A DNA stretch of 64,000 nucleotides from Microcoleus sp. Lineage in GTDB: Bacteria > Cyanobacteriota > Cyanobacteriia > Cyanobacteriales > Microcoleaceae. The notes under the pieces are model-generated. The model was not told where the DNA came from. It did not search any database and saw nothing but the letters and a program-made list of their open reading frames with translations. Below, piece by piece: positions 48,001 to 60,014 of this stretch. The position numbers and the translations under genes are program-made. The number at the start of each line of letters is the position of its first letter. Positions within the stretch are counted from its first letter, which is position 1. The stretch lies in NCBI GenBank assembly GCA_042408215.1, contig JAYFMW010000029.1:1-64000 (forward strand), written 5' to 3'.

Positions 48001-50665
48001 TAGTGGCGTCCAGAAATCGCCAAAATCTATATTTCGGCTGCCATTTTTATTCCAAGCTTCAACTGCCCAATTGTACTCCTGACCCGCTGTCAAAGTGAGG
48101 TTTTCAGGCAGCGTGAAACTGGTATTTGTACCCTCGATAAATGTTTTACCGCCATCCAAAGTCCACTTCCCAATGCCGTCATCACCTCTTTGCCAAGTTG
48201 CTGTCAGAATTCGGTTGGGGTTGAAGTCGTTCTCTTGGCTGTGGTAAAAAGATGTATTCCAAGGTTTTGTCAATAAATCCAACTGTTGTGGTTTGCTCAA
48301 TCCTTGATTGAAAAGAAATTCGTTCCCATTCGGGTCTGGTAAATCGACAACTTGATCCCACGGTAGCAGTCCTTCACCTTCATCGAATACGCTGAGGAAC
48401 AGGTTAACTTCTTCTACATTTTTACTAGGCAATTCGTCAAATTCCCATTCAAAAGTAGGAGTCAAGTCTTCTGTATCCTCACCCGGCCCAGTTAAATCCA
48501 ACCAATCCAGCGGTGTCGCCACCAAACCGCGAGAGTTAGTCGCAGCAACGGGAGCTCGCTTGCTACCAGGTGTCACGCCGTAAGTATACTGGTTGTTTGC
48601 ATCAATCAGAATCTGGAAGTCAGCAGCAACACTAACCGCTGGGTTAATATTATCGATGGGTACTGTGGAAAGGTCAGCAACCGTAGCATTTCGTGCTGTA
48701 GTGCTGTCAAACAAAGGCAGCCCGACACCCCGACCTTTAGCATCAATTTGAAATTGACCGGGGTTGGTCACAGTTCTAATGAATTCCTGAGTGTCAAAGA
48801 CATACACTTTGCCATTCGCACCGCTCAAATTCGGATAGGAAGCATAGAGGTACTTGCTATCGCCCGAAAGCACTAAATCAGTAGTCAATCCGTCGGGAAT
48901 TGGTCTAGTTGCTGCTACTAATTGCGGATTCGTCAGCGGGTCTTTGATAATGCCGATATTGCTACCGGCCCGCGGGTCTCCATCCACGCTGGGCAATTCC
49001 TGACCGAAAAATTTCGCGTCCGCATTGCGACCCACAACAAAGGCATAACTAGCATCCGGTAAAACTGTTACCGAAACTCCCTCATTCACATCAAAGTAAT
49101 CAAAAGTTGAACCCAGTCCTAAATTTGCATAACGAGTAGTAGCAGCAAAACTTACCGGATTATTATTGGTAATATCCAGTACCCCAAATCCTTTACTATC
49201 TTTGCCGCTGTTTGTAAACGTCATCTTCAGCGGATCGACCGTAGCAGCTAATCCTTCTACGCCTTCATCGGCTGTTATATTTCCGATTAATTGATTCCAC
49301 TTTTTAGGGTTCTGACTTGGGTCGCGGGGTCGGTCTTTGGGGTCAATATTCACAACGTAAATCTGGCTGTTTATCCCATTGGGCGCGGTAACAAATAGCT
49401 TCTTTCCGTCACTGCTAATTGCCATCTGTCGCAAACCGCTAGGTGCTGCACCAACTGTAATAGTTTGGGTAACTTGGTGATACTTGGACGAGAATGGGTT
49501 GATATCGAGAACGTAGATGGAATTGCCGCCAGTTTTCCCGTCAGCAATGTAAGCGTATTGGTCGCGGGAATCTATTACTATTGAACGTGGCGCTGCACCG
49601 CTAGGTAAGTCGATCGGATTTATGCCAGCTATATCCGGTTTGGTGTCTACTTGCTGGCGGGTGATCGGATCGACCAAAGCCACTCTACCGGAAGCTTCTA
49701 GAGGTACGTACACGCGAGAACCGTCGCTAGTTACAGTCAAATCTCTGGCTCTATCTAGTCGATCGTCCGTACCTACAGTAATGTTACCAATTAGCAAGTC
49801 GCTGCTGCTCGTTGTCGCCACAACAGATTTGGGATTGGAAGCGTTGAGGACAGCGATTCTATCGGCCGTCCACTGCGCTGCAAACACGTTTTCTGTAGTG
49901 TTTTCAACCCGGTAGGAATTGCTGTTTTTGAGAACTTCTTTTGCTGGTTCTGCCGGATTTGAACTGACTTTTTCGTTTTGTTTGCGACCCAGGACAATCC
50001 GGGAATCGCCCAAGGGTATGGTGTCGGGAACTCTGACAGCTACTTCAAATTGATTGTTTGCTAATTTGCGACTGAGGTTAGTTAATATTGTGCCTTCGTA
50101 GGTTTTGCCACCAACATAAAATTTTACCACTAAATCGCTGAATTGGCTACCTTTGGTGTCGCCAAAGTTGTCTGCTAAAACGTTGCTTCCGGTGAGAAAC
50201 AAAACTGGTAGATTATTTTCAAAAGGTTGATTATTTGCGTCTTTTAATTTTATTTCTGCACTTTCAATGATGGGAGTATTTTGGGGATTGGCGGCAGTTG
50301 AAGCGAGTTGAGATGCGCGTCTTTCCGCAAAAATACCCTCTTTACCGAAGTAGTCGATTTGTCTTTCGTTTGCAGGTTCGCCAGTGAGAGAATCGAGTTC
50401 AGGCGATTTTTTTACGGGGGGGGGTAAAACTGAAATCCTTTAAATTCGGGCTAAAATTGATGAATTTGGAGGAGATTGCGGTGTCTTCGGGGTTATTGTT
50501 AAAACTGTCTGGAAGTCCGGGGAGTGCTGGTGCTGGGCTAGGGTTGATAAGGGCTTGAGGATTGAGTGAGTTTGCGGTATTTAGGTCGAATTCTGGTATT
50601 AAGGTCGTTTCGCCAATAGGGAATGGCTCTTGACTGTTGAAGGGCGATTGATTGGAAAATTTCAT
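45091..50665 (-). CDS. Giant multidomain protein (YVTN-like beta-propeller, lipase-like alpha/beta hydrolase, C-terminal DNA/RNA non-specific endonuclease), frameshifted at a G9 tract (50416-50424)
   Basis: Propeller blades (DG+RVYV, DGKKLFV); VLTHGF and HFIGFSRG; LLFGNPS...WVSWQ...SKGHLLPS...TFLLTNVVPQ...IEELTELDFFSN. A G8 tract would fuse 50665-50399 with 50202-45091 (about 1857 aa). Confidence 0.85.
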
Positions 50666-50970
50666 AAGATGCGAACAAGCGATACAGTAACTTGTTGTGA
50701 TTCTTAGTATCTCACCATAGGAAAATTGTTTTTGTCAAGCTGTTGAGGCAGAAATGTAGATTTTTGTTATAAAAATTTACATTGTGTTAGAGATGACTGG
50801 TACGATCGCCCTCAATTAGGCAAAAACAATCTCGATCGTCCCGTAATATCGTTTCTAATTAAATCGGAATGATTTAACCGCAGAGAGCGCAGAGGGCACA
50901 GAGAGAGAATAGAGAGATGAATACAGGACGATGCTACCGGATTCGATCTAAGAGAGCAATTGCAGCATAA

Positions 50971-51555
50971 TTAAGAACGATAAACTAAAGAACGAACGTA
51001 AAAAGACACAGATCCAATTAAATAAAAACAATTCACCAAAATCAACAATATCTTACCAATAGAAGAGTGAACAAAACCAAAAATGCGGAAAGTTGACAGC
51101 AACACTAACAACATTTCCACCACAGAAACAATTGACCCGTAATGCTTCCTATCCCAATAAGAAATCGGACTGATAAAACGGTAATTGCTGAACGGAAAAA
51201 AGTGCCTGTGAGCATCATCATTATGCACCGGCAAATCTCCTAGAGAGTGCAGAATCATGCTCAAAAACAGAATTTGGATGCTTTCCCAGCCAAAGTAATC
51301 AGCAATTACCCAGCCGATCGCCGCCAGAGGGATAGAATGAAACAGAGCCACAATATTCTGGACAAAAGGCTCATAATATGCTTCTGACCAAATTGTAGCT
51401 TCCGGCAAGCGAGCAATGTATTTCGCCCAAAAGTAAAATAAAAATATTGGAATATCCGGCAAGATTCCGCCGATCGCCATAATTAGATTAGCTTGCGGCA
51501 ATTGCCGTTTGCCGAGAATTGCCAGATTGATAATCGCGTGGCTGGGAGTATTCAT
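50971..51555 (-). CDS. Membrane-bound metal-dependent hydrolase-like protein
   Basis: MNTPSH, GGILPD, FHS, LH..GDLPVHNDDAH.HF motifs. Confidence 0.7.
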   Translation of the reverse strand: MNTPSHAIINLAILGKRQLPQANLIMAIGGILPDIPIFLFYFWAKYIARLPEATIWSEAYYEPFVQNIVALFHSIPLAAIGWVIADYFGWESIQILFLSMILHSLGDLPVHNDDAHRHFFPFSNYRFISPISYWDRKHYGSIVSVVEMLLVLLSTFRIFGFVHSSIGKILLILVNCFYLIGSVSFYVRSLVYRS

Positions 51556-51678
51556 GATTGACGGTTAAATCTGTTGGGAGGGTGAAGCATTTGGAGATAA
51601 AACACTCTTGTTTTCAACATAAACTGTCGCCCAAATGCTTCACCCCTACACTCATTGTGATACTCTCTTACTACGAAC

Positions 51679-51996
51679 CTACAAGAAAGGTTGCAGTCGA
51701 TCGATCAACTGCGCCGCTTGCACCACTCCCTCAATGCGATCGACCTCAGCGCCATTTTTGAACAACACCAAAGTCGGCAAAGCAGAAATGTGATACTGTG
51801 AAGCCAACTGTTCGTACTTATCCGTGTCAATTTTGACAACCATCAGCTTTTCCTTCGTTTGGCCGCTCACTTGCTCCAAAATCGGCACCATCATCTGACA
51901 AGGCCCGCACCAAGTAGCATAAAAATCTACCAACACCGGCAAGTCGGAGCTCGATAGTAACTCCTCAAAACTGCTGAACTGTTTTTGAACTGCCAT
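51679..51996 (-). CDS. Thioredoxin
   Basis: PVLVDFYATWCGPC, ALPTLVLFK. Confidence 0.95.
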   Translation of the reverse strand: MAVQKQFSSFEELLSSSDLPVLVDFYATWCGPCQMMVPILEQVSGQTKEKLMVVKIDTDKYEQLASQYHISALPTLVLFKNGAEVDRIEGVVQAAQLIDRLQPFL

Positions 51997-52034
51997 AGGA
52001 CAAAATAATTTTTTGGGTTCTGGCTCGATTTTAG

Positions 52035-52835
<801 letters not shown>

Positions 52836-52903
52836 GATTTGGGGTTTTTTTTAGCCGCAGATGCACGCGGATTAACGCGGATATCTGCGGTTTAATTGTC
52901 TAT

Positions 52904-53131
52904 TTAATTGTCTAGGGCGATCGCTATATTTTCTAGCACTTTCCAAGCCTGATGTTCCTAGTCAGGAAAATCATCGTTCGACTCAGAAGAGCCTTAATTT
53001 TGTACTCAGCCACCGGGCACTACCGCCACAGATGTGTGGGGAATGCGGGCACTCAGGGAAGCTTCGAGAATTAAATCGTCTTCGTCTATCTCGATCGTGC
53101 GATCGCCCAGCAGATAGTAAATGTGTGGCAT
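52904..53131 (-). pseudogene. Degraded remnant of a 2Fe-2S-domain protein
   Basis: MPHIYYL...ILEASL...IPHT, then a frameshifted CGGSAR resembling the IPHxxxCGGxARC ferredoxin motif; remainder deleted. Confidence 0.45.
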
Positions 53132-53342
53132 CTGTGACGTCTCCAACCTAAATGGCGCGAGCAATCTCGCCCAAATCTGTACTTTTATTTAGAAAATGAC
53201 ATTATTCTTAATGGTTAGGCAATGTTGTGCGGTGTAAACCTTGCTTAGCAAGAGTTTCAGCTTTTTGTGCCTCTAAAAACCCGTGGATTTTCTTGGGATA
53301 GAATAGCAGCATCTTTGACAACATACTAAAACCTGTATAAAC

Positions 53343-54476
53343 ATGAGTTCATCAACAGCCCTACAAAACATCGAAAAGCACATCCCCATCGTGGGAAATG
53401 TGCATACCAAAAGTCCGATCGCCTACGGAGCAACCCGCCTCGCAGTCAGTACAGTTAACGCCCTGCAAATGGCAGCAGCAGAGTCTTACATCAACGGATT
53501 AGAAGTCCCAGATTCAGTATTGCGATCGCTTTTTGATACCTGTATGCCCCTCTTTTTCAAGTATTTTCCCTCTCTGCTTGCACCCTACGAATGGGTACTA
53601 ACAGAAACAGATCATACCGCCGAAGGGCCACGGGATTTAATGAAGATTCAGTACGACTTACCTCAAGCAATGCTGAATCCGATGTTAGGCGATGGAAAAC
53701 TCATTTATCCTAAATACAGCATGGGGTTGTGGGAAAAAGGAGCCGCCAACCTTGAACAATCGCAAATCCAAATGATTGATGATGTGATTGACAAGCTAGA
53801 GATTCAAGATGGCGACAATATTTTAGACTTTGGTTGCGGTTGGGGTTGCGTTCCCAATTACATTCTTTCCAAATTCCCCAATGTCAAGTTTACCGGAATT
53901 AACTTGAGCCACCACCAATGCGAATATATGCGTCACAAGATGCAAGACCCCGAAAGTTACCTTAGTTCAGGTCGATTTACTCTCTACGAAGGAGATTTGA
54001 ACGACGCCCAATTTGAGACGAAATTTGATAAGATTTTGTCGATAGGAGTTTTTTGTCATGTAGGTAATTTAACAAAAGCTTTCCAAAAGCTCGCATCTTT
54101 CTTGAAGGATCAAGGCAGAGTTTTCATTCACATCATCACAGTTCGCACTCCCAACAATATATCCAGCGTTTTCACCCACAAATACATTTTTCCCCACGGC
54201 CGTTTCTGGAAATACGATGCAGTTCCCAGCTACAAGAAAGACCTCAAAACCATTGAAAAATGGTATCTCAATGGCTCCAATTACTCCAAAACCTTTGCTA
54301 GCTGGCTGCAAAACTTTGACGATTCTCAGGCGATAGTCAAAGATTTAGACTACGGCATCGACTATGCCAAATTCCGCCGAATCTGGCGGTTTTATCTGAT
54401 TTGGTTTGTTGCTAATTTCGCGAGTTGTGACGGCGAATATAACGGCAACGGCCAATTTTTAATGGCTCGTGCCTAA
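53343..54476 (+). CDS. SAM-dependent methyltransferase (cyclopropane-fatty-acid synthase/CMAS-like family)
   Basis: QYDLP, YSMGLW, ILDFGCGWG, FDKILSIG, KYIFP.G, NYSKT. Confidence 0.85.
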   Translation: MSSSTALQNIEKHIPIVGNVHTKSPIAYGATRLAVSTVNALQMAAAESYINGLEVPDSVLRSLFDTCMPLFFKYFPSLLAPYEWVLTETDHTAEGPRDLMKIQYDLPQAMLNPMLGDGKLIYPKYSMGLWEKGAANLEQSQIQMIDDVIDKLEIQDGDNILDFGCGWGCVPNYILSKFPNVKFTGINLSHHQCEYMRHKMQDPESYLSSGRFTLYEGDLNDAQFETKFDKILSIGVFCHVGNLTKAFQKLASFLKDQGRVFIHIITVRTPNNISSVFTHKYIFPHGRFWKYDAVPSYKKDLKTIEKWYLNGSNYSKTFASWLQNFDDSQAIVKDLDYGIDYAKFRRIWRFYLIWFVANFASCDGEYNGNGQFLMARA

Positions 54477-54721
54477 TCGCTATAGCATCAGCATCTAGTT
54501 GGATAACTTACGCAGAACACTTCAAGGTAGGGTGCATGACAGCAATAAATATTCGAGCCACCGCGAAGTAATTATTGGCTGTCACGCACCTTACTTAAAC
54601 CCTACTAGGATTTACGCACGGGTGTCTAGAAACCGGGTTTTTAGCCAAAATATTGGCCCAAAACCCTCAATCTCCGTTAAAAACCCGGTTTCTTTAGCGC
54701 AACTAGACTCAAGAAAAACCG

Positions 54722-55438
54722 TCATAGCCTAGTATAAGAACCGTCTAAGCCTACGTATCCAATCCATGTCTCCCCATCGAGACCATATACGGGGCCAGTA
54801 TTGAATGTGTTGTATGAATCAAACCTATGTTTATTATTCAAACGTTGGTCCCCTTTGTTGATGCTGTTTTTCATTTCTTCCAACTTTGCTCGATTTCTCT
54901 CAATCTGTGCCGTATATTGATTCTGGCGATCGATCGGGTTCAGTTGGGCATCAGTCGTGTTGGGATTCACGATCGTAGAAACATCCTGTCCACTGGACTC
55001 CGTGAGGGGTAGCGTCGATTGTGAATTCATCAGCATACCTGTTAAAGGATCTTTAAAAAGCGAACCCAGCCAGCTTTTGGTATCGGCAACAAACCCATCG
55101 ATTTGATTCAGAAAACTGTCTACCTCTGGATCGCCAGTTTGATGCCCTACCCCAACGTTGCCGGCAGTTGGAGTATTCGGGCTAGGAAAGTTGCCAGCTG
55201 GCGCAGTTACACTGGTGCCAGCCCCCGGCAAAATCCCCCAAGCCTCAGACAAAAGACTATACACCTCATCGAGATAGGTGTTTGCATTGTTTGCATTCGA
55301 GGCAGGAGTTGCACCCGCAATTGTCCCGTAACTATATGGCGAATAAAGGTCAGATAGCAAAGCAGTTGTCATTAAAGGGTTATAATCTAACCCCGCAGAA
55401 GGGTAACTGTTTGTGGTAAAATCTTGAAAGCCCAACAT
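54722..55438 (-). CDS. Hypothetical low-complexity protein (238 aa)
   Basis: AGGAGG RBS; long ORF; KDPLTG motif. Confidence 0.65.
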   Translation of the reverse strand: MLGFQDFTTNSYPSAGLDYNPLMTTALLSDLYSPYSYGTIAGATPASNANNANTYLDEVYSLLSEAWGILPGAGTSVTAPAGNFPSPNTPTAGNVGVGHQTGDPEVDSFLNQIDGFVADTKSWLGSLFKDPLTGMLMNSQSTLPLTESSGQDVSTIVNPNTTDAQLNPIDRQNQYTAQIERNRAKLEEMKNSINKGDQRLNNKHRFDSYNTFNTGPVYGLDGETWIGYVGLDGSYTRL

Positions 55439-55535
55439 AATTTTGCCTCCTAATATTGGCTGTTGCCAGAGAAAAGGTTTGCATTCCCAATAATTGCGCT
55501 TTTCAATTGAGTGAGATGCACTTGCTTTTTCAGTC

Positions 55536-55622
55536 AGGACTTACGCAAATTATTGGAAAACAAAAGGCTGCGATTACTTCATTGTCGATCGCAATGACAG
55601 AATTCGGTAGTGCGTAAGTTCT
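55536..55622. mobile_element. MITE of the AGGACTTACGCA family
   Basis: AGGACTTACGCA...TGCGTAAGTTCT. Confidence 0.6.
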
Positions 55623-55670
55623 ACAAGTAAGCTAGGGGAAGTGAAATCGCTTAATTCGTCGCTGATAGTC

Positions 55671-56209
55671 TCAGGCTATAGTTTGTCTCGCCCTCAAATC
55701 ATTGACAGTCAGGTTGAAATTACTACTCCGTTCAAGATTGAAACTGTAAAAATCATCCCGATCGAAAGACCCCACAAAATCGCCAAAGATGCGATCTTCT
55801 GTAAGAGTGTCGATATTCCGCGCTTCAGTTAGCGTGTTCCCCCTATTGTCGGATGGCAAATAGTCGGGACGGGTTGCCGAAAAACTCAGCCTGTAGCTCC
55901 CGGATTTTGTTCCAGATAGAGTTCCGTGTCAAATAGCGGACTGGGGTTGCGTCCTTCGAGTTGACCGAATTCTATGAAATGTCCGATCGCCGTGAATTGA
56001 CCAGCCATCACTGCCGCTTGAACATCTGGATTCTCTTTGAGGTAATAGTCTGTATCAAATAAAGGTGTTGGGTCGCGTTCTGCAAATTGACCAGATTGCC
56101 GAAAGCGATCGAATGGACTTTGGATATTCCCCAAGATTAAACCTTAAGTTACATCTGGGTTATTTTCGATGTAAAAATTGGGATTGAAGAAAGTCTGTAG
56201 TTCCAGCAT
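55671..56209 (-). pseudogene. Degraded S-layer-like/PPC-domain protein gene
   Basis: Repeated FD..YYL..NPDV..A...HF..FGQ.EGRNP motifs and DFVG..D.DDFY.F.L; in-frame TAA near 56145 plus further disruptions. Confidence 0.7.
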
Positions 56210-56534
56210 AATCTCGCACAAACAAATAAGTATTTATATTTAAATGCTACACTCGTTTTATAAATAACTCGAACTCGTAATCTTTTTTTACAACCCATTA
56301 AGTAGTCACTTATCAAAACATTTTCTACTGTAAATAACCAATAAAAAAAATTATGTTTTCTTGAATTATTGAAAGTTTTATTGAGAATTGTAACGCTACT
56401 TAAGTAGCTCCACCTAAAAATTCGAGCTGCTGCAAGGTAATTATTGGCTGTTACAGACCCTACTTAAACTGTCCTGCAAAAAATGCTTCGCTCCGCTATT
56501 GCTAGGGGTAAGGTGCAACCTAAGCACCCGAAAT

Positions 56535-56621
56535 AGTCCTGGACGCACGGTTGGTCAAAAACCCGCTTTCTTGAGTCTAATAGCGTAAGTCCTGGGAAAG
56601 ATCGAGTGTGCGTCCAGGACT
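56535..56621. mobile_element. MITE of the AGTCCTGGACGCAC family
   Basis: AGTCCTGGACGCAC...GTGCGTCCAGGACT; same TIR as 21319-21412. Confidence 0.65.
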
Positions 56622-56844
56622 GTTCAACTTAAAGGTAGGGTGCGTGACCACCAGCAATCTTGGTTCTCCTGACTTTTCGGCGATCGTAAAAATAAAAATT
56701 CCCGTGGTGCGGGCTGGAGAACCCGCCTGAGCGAGACGCTCACACTACCGTTTCCACCACAAATCCAGGAGAGCCGAAATCTTTGAGCCGCAGTGAGGTA
56801 ATTAATGGCTGTCACGCACCTTACTTAAACTAGAACTTGTGCAT

Positions 56845-57975
56845 CTATTTTTGAAGAAAAGGGCAATTCACGGCCATTGTACCAGAGGAATCAGTAAAGG
56901 TAACTTCATCCTTATAATGCCGCGGTGTTTCCATCAGCAACCGCCAAGCTTCTCCAGCATCTATTAAATTCATGCGTCCGGGATAATGAATTTTTAACAA
57001 CTCTTGCACCATCGGATAATAGTCTGAGTTGATGCTGGGGAAAATATGATGCTCTGTGTGGTAAGAAAAATGTAAGTGCAGCAGGTCAAATATTTTAGGA
57101 ACCCGCAATGACATACTATTAATCAGCGGGTCATTGATGCTGGTCATCCGGCAACCCATGTGATTGGTGTAGATGTAAAACATTGCGCCCGCATGACCAA
57201 TTGCGATCGGCAAAAAGTAGGCCAGAGCAACTTTTAGCGGATTAAATTCTAGGTAGAATAAGATGCTCAGATGAATTCCTAAGATTCCCAAACACTCAAA
57301 GGCGATCGTCAATCTATCTTTAGGACTAACTGTAAAGGCAGCCGGCACGTAATCAACAGATTTATCATTGAATAACAACACCGAGGATACGTTGCGGAAA
57401 TTGTGTACAAACCACGATCCAGCCATCCCTACAATTAACCACACCGGGTTGACTTCAACCGACGGTACAAACAGATTTTGAATCCATTTTCCCCAGGTAT
57501 CTGGCTGCTGGTACAGGTAATTGCGATCGGGATCTGCTAGGGAATTTGTGTTATTGTGGTGTACGAGGTTGTGCAGGGATTTCCACTGAGTAGGTGGCAT
57601 AAACAGCATACTTAATCCCAAAAAGGCGATCGGATAAGTCAGTCGCGACTTTTTCAGAACGCTACCGTGCATCAGGTCGTGGGAGCTAAATAGCAAAACT
57701 ATGATACTATTGCCCATGATGACGGCTAGAGGTAAGTAAAGCCATAAAAGATAGACAGGCCATCGATCGAGATTAGCAGCAATCCCCCATCCTAACAATA
57801 AAATCCCCAGATTGATCGGCAGTATCACTAACTTGCTTGAATTGGGTTGAAAGGCATCTGATGGCAGAAGTGGACGCAATTTCTTAGCGTATACCGATTG
57901 GTGAATTAGCGTTTCTTCGCCTAAAGTCGGCGTGGCAGTCTCGTCTAGAGTAGAGAGTGTTTTTTCGGATTTCAT
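56845..57975 (-). CDS. Membrane fatty-acid desaturase family protein
   Basis: His boxes HDLMH, HNLVHH, HTEHH. Confidence 0.9.
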   Translation of the reverse strand: MKSEKTLSTLDETATPTLGEETLIHQSVYAKKLRPLLPSDAFQPNSSKLVILPINLGILLLGWGIAANLDRWPVYLLWLYLPLAVIMGNSIIVLLFSSHDLMHGSVLKKSRLTYPIAFLGLSMLFMPPTQWKSLHNLVHHNNTNSLADPDRNYLYQQPDTWGKWIQNLFVPSVEVNPVWLIVGMAGSWFVHNFRNVSSVLLFNDKSVDYVPAAFTVSPKDRLTIAFECLGILGIHLSILFYLEFNPLKVALAYFLPIAIGHAGAMFYIYTNHMGCRMTSINDPLINSMSLRVPKIFDLLHLHFSYHTEHHIFPSINSDYYPMVQELLKIHYPGRMNLIDAGEAWRLLMETPRHYKDEVTFTDSSGTMAVNCPFLQK

Positions 57976-58007
57976 GTTGTCGCTAACAGTATTCTCATCT
58001 GAATTAT

Positions 58008-58093
58008 AGGACTTACGCGGTGCAAATTTTATATATTTGTGGGCTAAGGTGCGCTGTGCATCCCCCTACAGATAGATTTTTTGCGTAATTCCC
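58008..58093. mobile_element. MITE of the AGGACTTACGC family (degenerate)
   Basis: TIR remnants; same internal cargo as 22191-22282. Confidence 0.55.
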
Positions 58094-58276
58094 GACTCAA
58101 TAACTTGCTAATTTTAATCAGAGCCGGTTTTGAACGAGTTTAATATTTAGGAAAAATCAGTCATTAGTTAGTAGTGCTTATTTGCTTGTTGATGCTTGAA
58201 AAAATCACTAATAATGACTAATTAAATTCTGGACAAAATCTCACCATCTATCAGTAATAGCGTCAAAGCTGCCTGA

Positions 58277-58618
58277 TTATTGATAAGGATCTTGGCCTCG
58301 AAGCTGGCGCAGAGAATTCACACACAAGGGGCAATCGCACCCAAACGCAGCAACAGCAGCATCACTTTCTTCTTCAGTCATCGGAAATTCCAAAGTTGGC
58401 TGTGTATAGGCCACTTGAACAGTTTCTTTTACTTTGGTGAATCCTCCCCCATTGGAGCGCACGCAGCGCAAATGGGAACAAACCTGCCCTACCGTCGGTG
58501 CAGGGTTGCTGAGGTTTGGTTGGGACATCTCAGCAGCCTTGGCAGTATGGACACTCAGTAGTATTGAACTGAATATGCTGGGACTGGCAAGCAATGCAAG
58601 TGCAATTTTTTTGTTCAT
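58277..58618 (-). CDS. Secreted hypothetical protein with C-terminal FGCDCxxC motif
   Basis: Signal peptide ending AKA; EESDAAVAAFGCDCPLCVNSLRQLRG. Confidence 0.75.
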   Translation of the reverse strand: MNKKIALALLASPSIFSSILLSVHTAKAAEMSQPNLSNPAPTVGQVCSHLRCVRSNGGGFTKVKETVQVAYTQPTLEFPMTEEESDAAVAAFGCDCPLCVNSLRQLRGQDPYQ

Positions 58619-58741
58619 CTTTAATACCGCTGTACAAACCTAATATCATATCCCATAAAGAGACTTTTGTAAAAAAATATTAAAAACTTAAGTCCTACCA
58701 ATAACAAATAACCCATAACAAATAACCCATAACAAGTAACA

Positions 58742-60010
58742 TTAAAAAAGTCCGTTTCCCTGAACAATTTCTTTAATTGTAGTCAACGTATCTAAACCAA
58801 TTAATCCTCGACGATAACCTTTTTGATTAGACATTCCCAAAAATATCGCATCTCCCCGATTTTGATAGCGCCAAAACCGAGGGGAGGCATTAATAAAAGT
58901 AGAGGCACTGTTGACATCCAGAGCAAATTGGCGACTTTCTAGGTAAGATTCTGTGGCGATGCTGTCAGCGTGGCCGCTGCTGTAGCGATTGATCCAGCCG
59001 ATCGCAATCCCTAAACTATCGACCACTTTAAATGCTATGGTTTTGTTCAAATACGGTTGAGTCCACTCAGAGGTTTCAGCTAACTGCAATTCGGGAAAAT
59101 CTGCGACGAGCTCGGCGTCTCCCCTAATTTGAAAGCCTTTTTCTTTTAAACTGTTCCACAGCCTCACTAAGGAAGAAGGCTTTTGGTTGCGATCGATCAG
59201 CACTTTCTCGATCGCATTCACCGGATCGGGCACGCTTTGATGGCTGTCCAAAATCATCCACCTCGCCATCTCCAAACTACCAGTAGGCGACCAATAAAGG
59301 TAACAATTTCCCATTGCCGATCGCAACACCGGTACTGTACACTGTCGCACCACCTGCTGCACCAAACTCGGCCTGCCGTAGGGAATAATTAAATTGAGAT
59401 ATTCGTCTTGAGTGACTAAATCGCGGATCGAAGCGCCTCGATCGGGCGGCAGTACCTGCAAACATCCAGACGGCAAACCAACCTCATCGATCGCCGACGA
59501 CAAAGCTTCCCCGATTACCGCATTAGTTTGCCAGCTTTCGCTACCGCCTTTGAGAATCAAGCTGTTAGCACTTTTGAGACACAAACCCGCCGCGATCGCC
59601 CCCAACTCGGGAAACGCCTCGTAAATTAGGGCGATCGCCCCCAGCGGTAGAGACTGACAGTATACTTGACACCGATCGACCTGATAAGAAGCATTAATCA
59701 CCCTGCCGATCGGATCTGGCATTTCTCCCAATCGCTGAAGAATTTGCACCGTTGTCTTGATCCTTTCTGGCGTCAGCTTTAGCCAATCCACAATCAATTC
59801 GGGAATCGCCATATCCCGACTCGCTTCCAGATCCAGAGTATTTGCTTCTAAAATTTCATTTTGTCGGCGTTTCAGCGCCAGAGCCATCGCCTGCAAAGCA
59901 GCAGCGCGATCCGTACTCTTTGTCCCCGCCAGCTCCAAAGAAGCAAGATTTGCGCGGCGGGCGACATTTGCAGAATCCGAGTCAAGGCTAGAATCGTCAA
60001 TTATCATCAT
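58742..60010 (-). CDS. proA: Gamma-glutamyl phosphate reductase homolog (divergent ProA2 type)
   Basis: ILEANTLDL, PDPIG, PLG.I..IYE, LKGGSE, GNCYLY, GHADSI.TE, NASPRF. Confidence 0.88.
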   Translation of the reverse strand: MMIIDDSSLDSDSANVARRANLASLELAGTKSTDRAAALQAMALALKRRQNEILEANTLDLEASRDMAIPELIVDWLKLTPERIKTTVQILQRLGEMPDPIGRVINASYQVDRCQVYCQSLPLGAIALIYEAFPELGAIAAGLCLKSANSLILKGGSESWQTNAVIGEALSSAIDEVGLPSGCLQVLPPDRGASIRDLVTQDEYLNLIIPYGRPSLVQQVVRQCTVPVLRSAMGNCYLYWSPTGSLEMARWMILDSHQSVPDPVNAIEKVLIDRNQKPSSLVRLWNSLKEKGFQIRGDAELVADFPELQLAETSEWTQPYLNKTIAFKVVDSLGIAIGWINRYSSGHADSIATESYLESRQFALDVNSASTFINASPRFWRYQNRGDAIFLGMSNQKGYRRGLIGLDTLTTIKEIVQGNGLF

Positions 60011-60014
60011 TTAG

